The notes under the pieces: model-generated
What the model was told of the DNA's origin: nothing
Seen by the model: the letters and a program-made list of their open reading frames with translations, nothing else
Databases searched by the model: none
Translations under genes and position numbers: made by a program
Shown: positions 15,161 through 15,858 of the stretch, in pieces
How the letters are laid out: every line of letters starts with the position of its first letter
How positions within the stretch are numbered: the first letter of the stretch is position 1
Source: Oligoflexus sp.
GTDB lineage: Bacteria; Bdellovibrionota_B; Oligoflexia; Oligoflexales; Oligoflexaceae
DNA: 15,858 nt
Reading direction: 5' to 3'
NCBI GenBank assembly: GCA_041736305.1
Contig: JBGSTX010000209.1
Location: forward strand, 1 to 15,858

Positions 15161-15858
15161 ATGTTTGAGAACTTCGGAAAAAAAGGTTCTATAGTAGCAG
15201 GGGCCATGGCTTTAGGTCTCATCAGCTGCAAAAGCAAGAATGAAGATGGTTCGGAAAAGACCGGTACGAAGCAATTTGCCACACAGGATGTCCTGAAATT
15301 CAGTGATATGCCTGAGCTGAGCGCCCAGACTTCGACGATCAAAAAGGACCTTCAGGACCTCTTCTGCATCCACGTTTATAAATTGCCTTTGAAGGCTAAT
15401 TTTGACAACGAGTTCGGCTACCTCTGCCAGAACAATAAGCCGACTGCTCTTTTCGATACGATCGGCCAGCACGCCCAGATAGTGGGCGCGCAGCCCCGTT
15501 CCGTCGAACTGAACCTTCAGCATCGCGCAGACGGTGTCACCGAAGGGACTTATGTGACAGTCTATCGCCTGCCCAACGAACCTAAGTGGGTGAAGACTTC
15601 GCAGATCCAGAACTACATGACCCAAGACAGCGCTTACAGCTATGTGAAGATGGATGCCGATGTGTCGGCTGACCTCAACGAACAGGTAGGCGGTGACTTG
15701 CAGTTCAGCAAGTACAATCTACACTACGTGACGGAAGTTACGACTCCTGACAACACCACCTTCTCTAACGAGCGCACTACCGAACTCAACAGCTACCAGG
15801 TTTTCGGTGGTAACTCGGACATGGGCCTCGGCGCTGAGCACCTCGTGAGTAGCCCTGA
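15161..15858 (+). CDS. Putative lipoprotein of unknown function (paralog 4), truncated by the window end
   Basis: Hand translation: MFENFGKKGSIVAGAMALGLIS-CKSKNEDG...LFC...NFDNEFGYLCQNNKPT...RTTELNSYQVFGGNSDMGLGAEHLVSSP, open to the end. RBS GAGAGG. Absent from the ORF track because no stop lies in the window. Confidence 0.85.
   Translation, partial: MFENFGKKGSIVAGAMALGLISCKSKNEDGSEKTGTKQFATQDVLKFSDMPELSAQTSTIKKDLQDLFCIHVYKLPLKANFDNEFGYLCQNNKPTALFDTIGQHAQIVGAQPRSVELNLQHRADGVTEGTYVTVYRLPNEPKWVKTSQIQNYMTQDSAYSYVKMDADVSADLNEQVGGDLQFSKYNLHYVTEVTTPDNTTFSNERTTELNSYQVFGGNSDMGLGAEHLVSSP

Noticed and set aside
10749-15625. Minus-strand ORFs opposite the permease and lipoproteins (e.g. 12821-13414, 14219-14638, 14938-15342, 15212-15625)
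   Set aside because: Antisense to well-supported genes; the last two overlap the fourth lipoprotein.

Overview
Gram-negative bacterial biosynthetic and export locus of roughly balanced GC content. The core is a 2275-aa iterative type I PKS of the enediyne PksE type (KS-AT-ACP-KR-DH) on the minus strand. Unusually, it lacks the C-terminal PPTase of actinobacterial PksE and ends in two fused hot-dog thioesterase domains resembling the normally stand-alone SgcE10/CalE7. Downstream in the same apparent operon are a LolA-like 'outer-membrane lipoprotein-sorting' protein, a predicted outer-membrane beta-barrel and a DUF4188-like small monooxygenase-fold protein. A LolD/MacB-type ABC ATPase and FtsX-type permease are transcribed divergently and end in an intrinsic terminator. 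They are followed by a tandem array of at least four paralogous lipoproteins of a family I do not recognise; the fourth runs off the window and is absent from the ORF track. The enediyne cassette genes E3/E4/E5 are not seen, so the most economical reading is a polyene or lipid synthesis-and-export system rather than an enediyne cluster. Sigma54-type -24/-12 motifs precede both the PKS operon and the lipoprotein array. The first ~140 bp look like the 3' tail of an iscB gene plus the terminal hairpin of an IS200/IS605-family (ISC/OMEGA) element.
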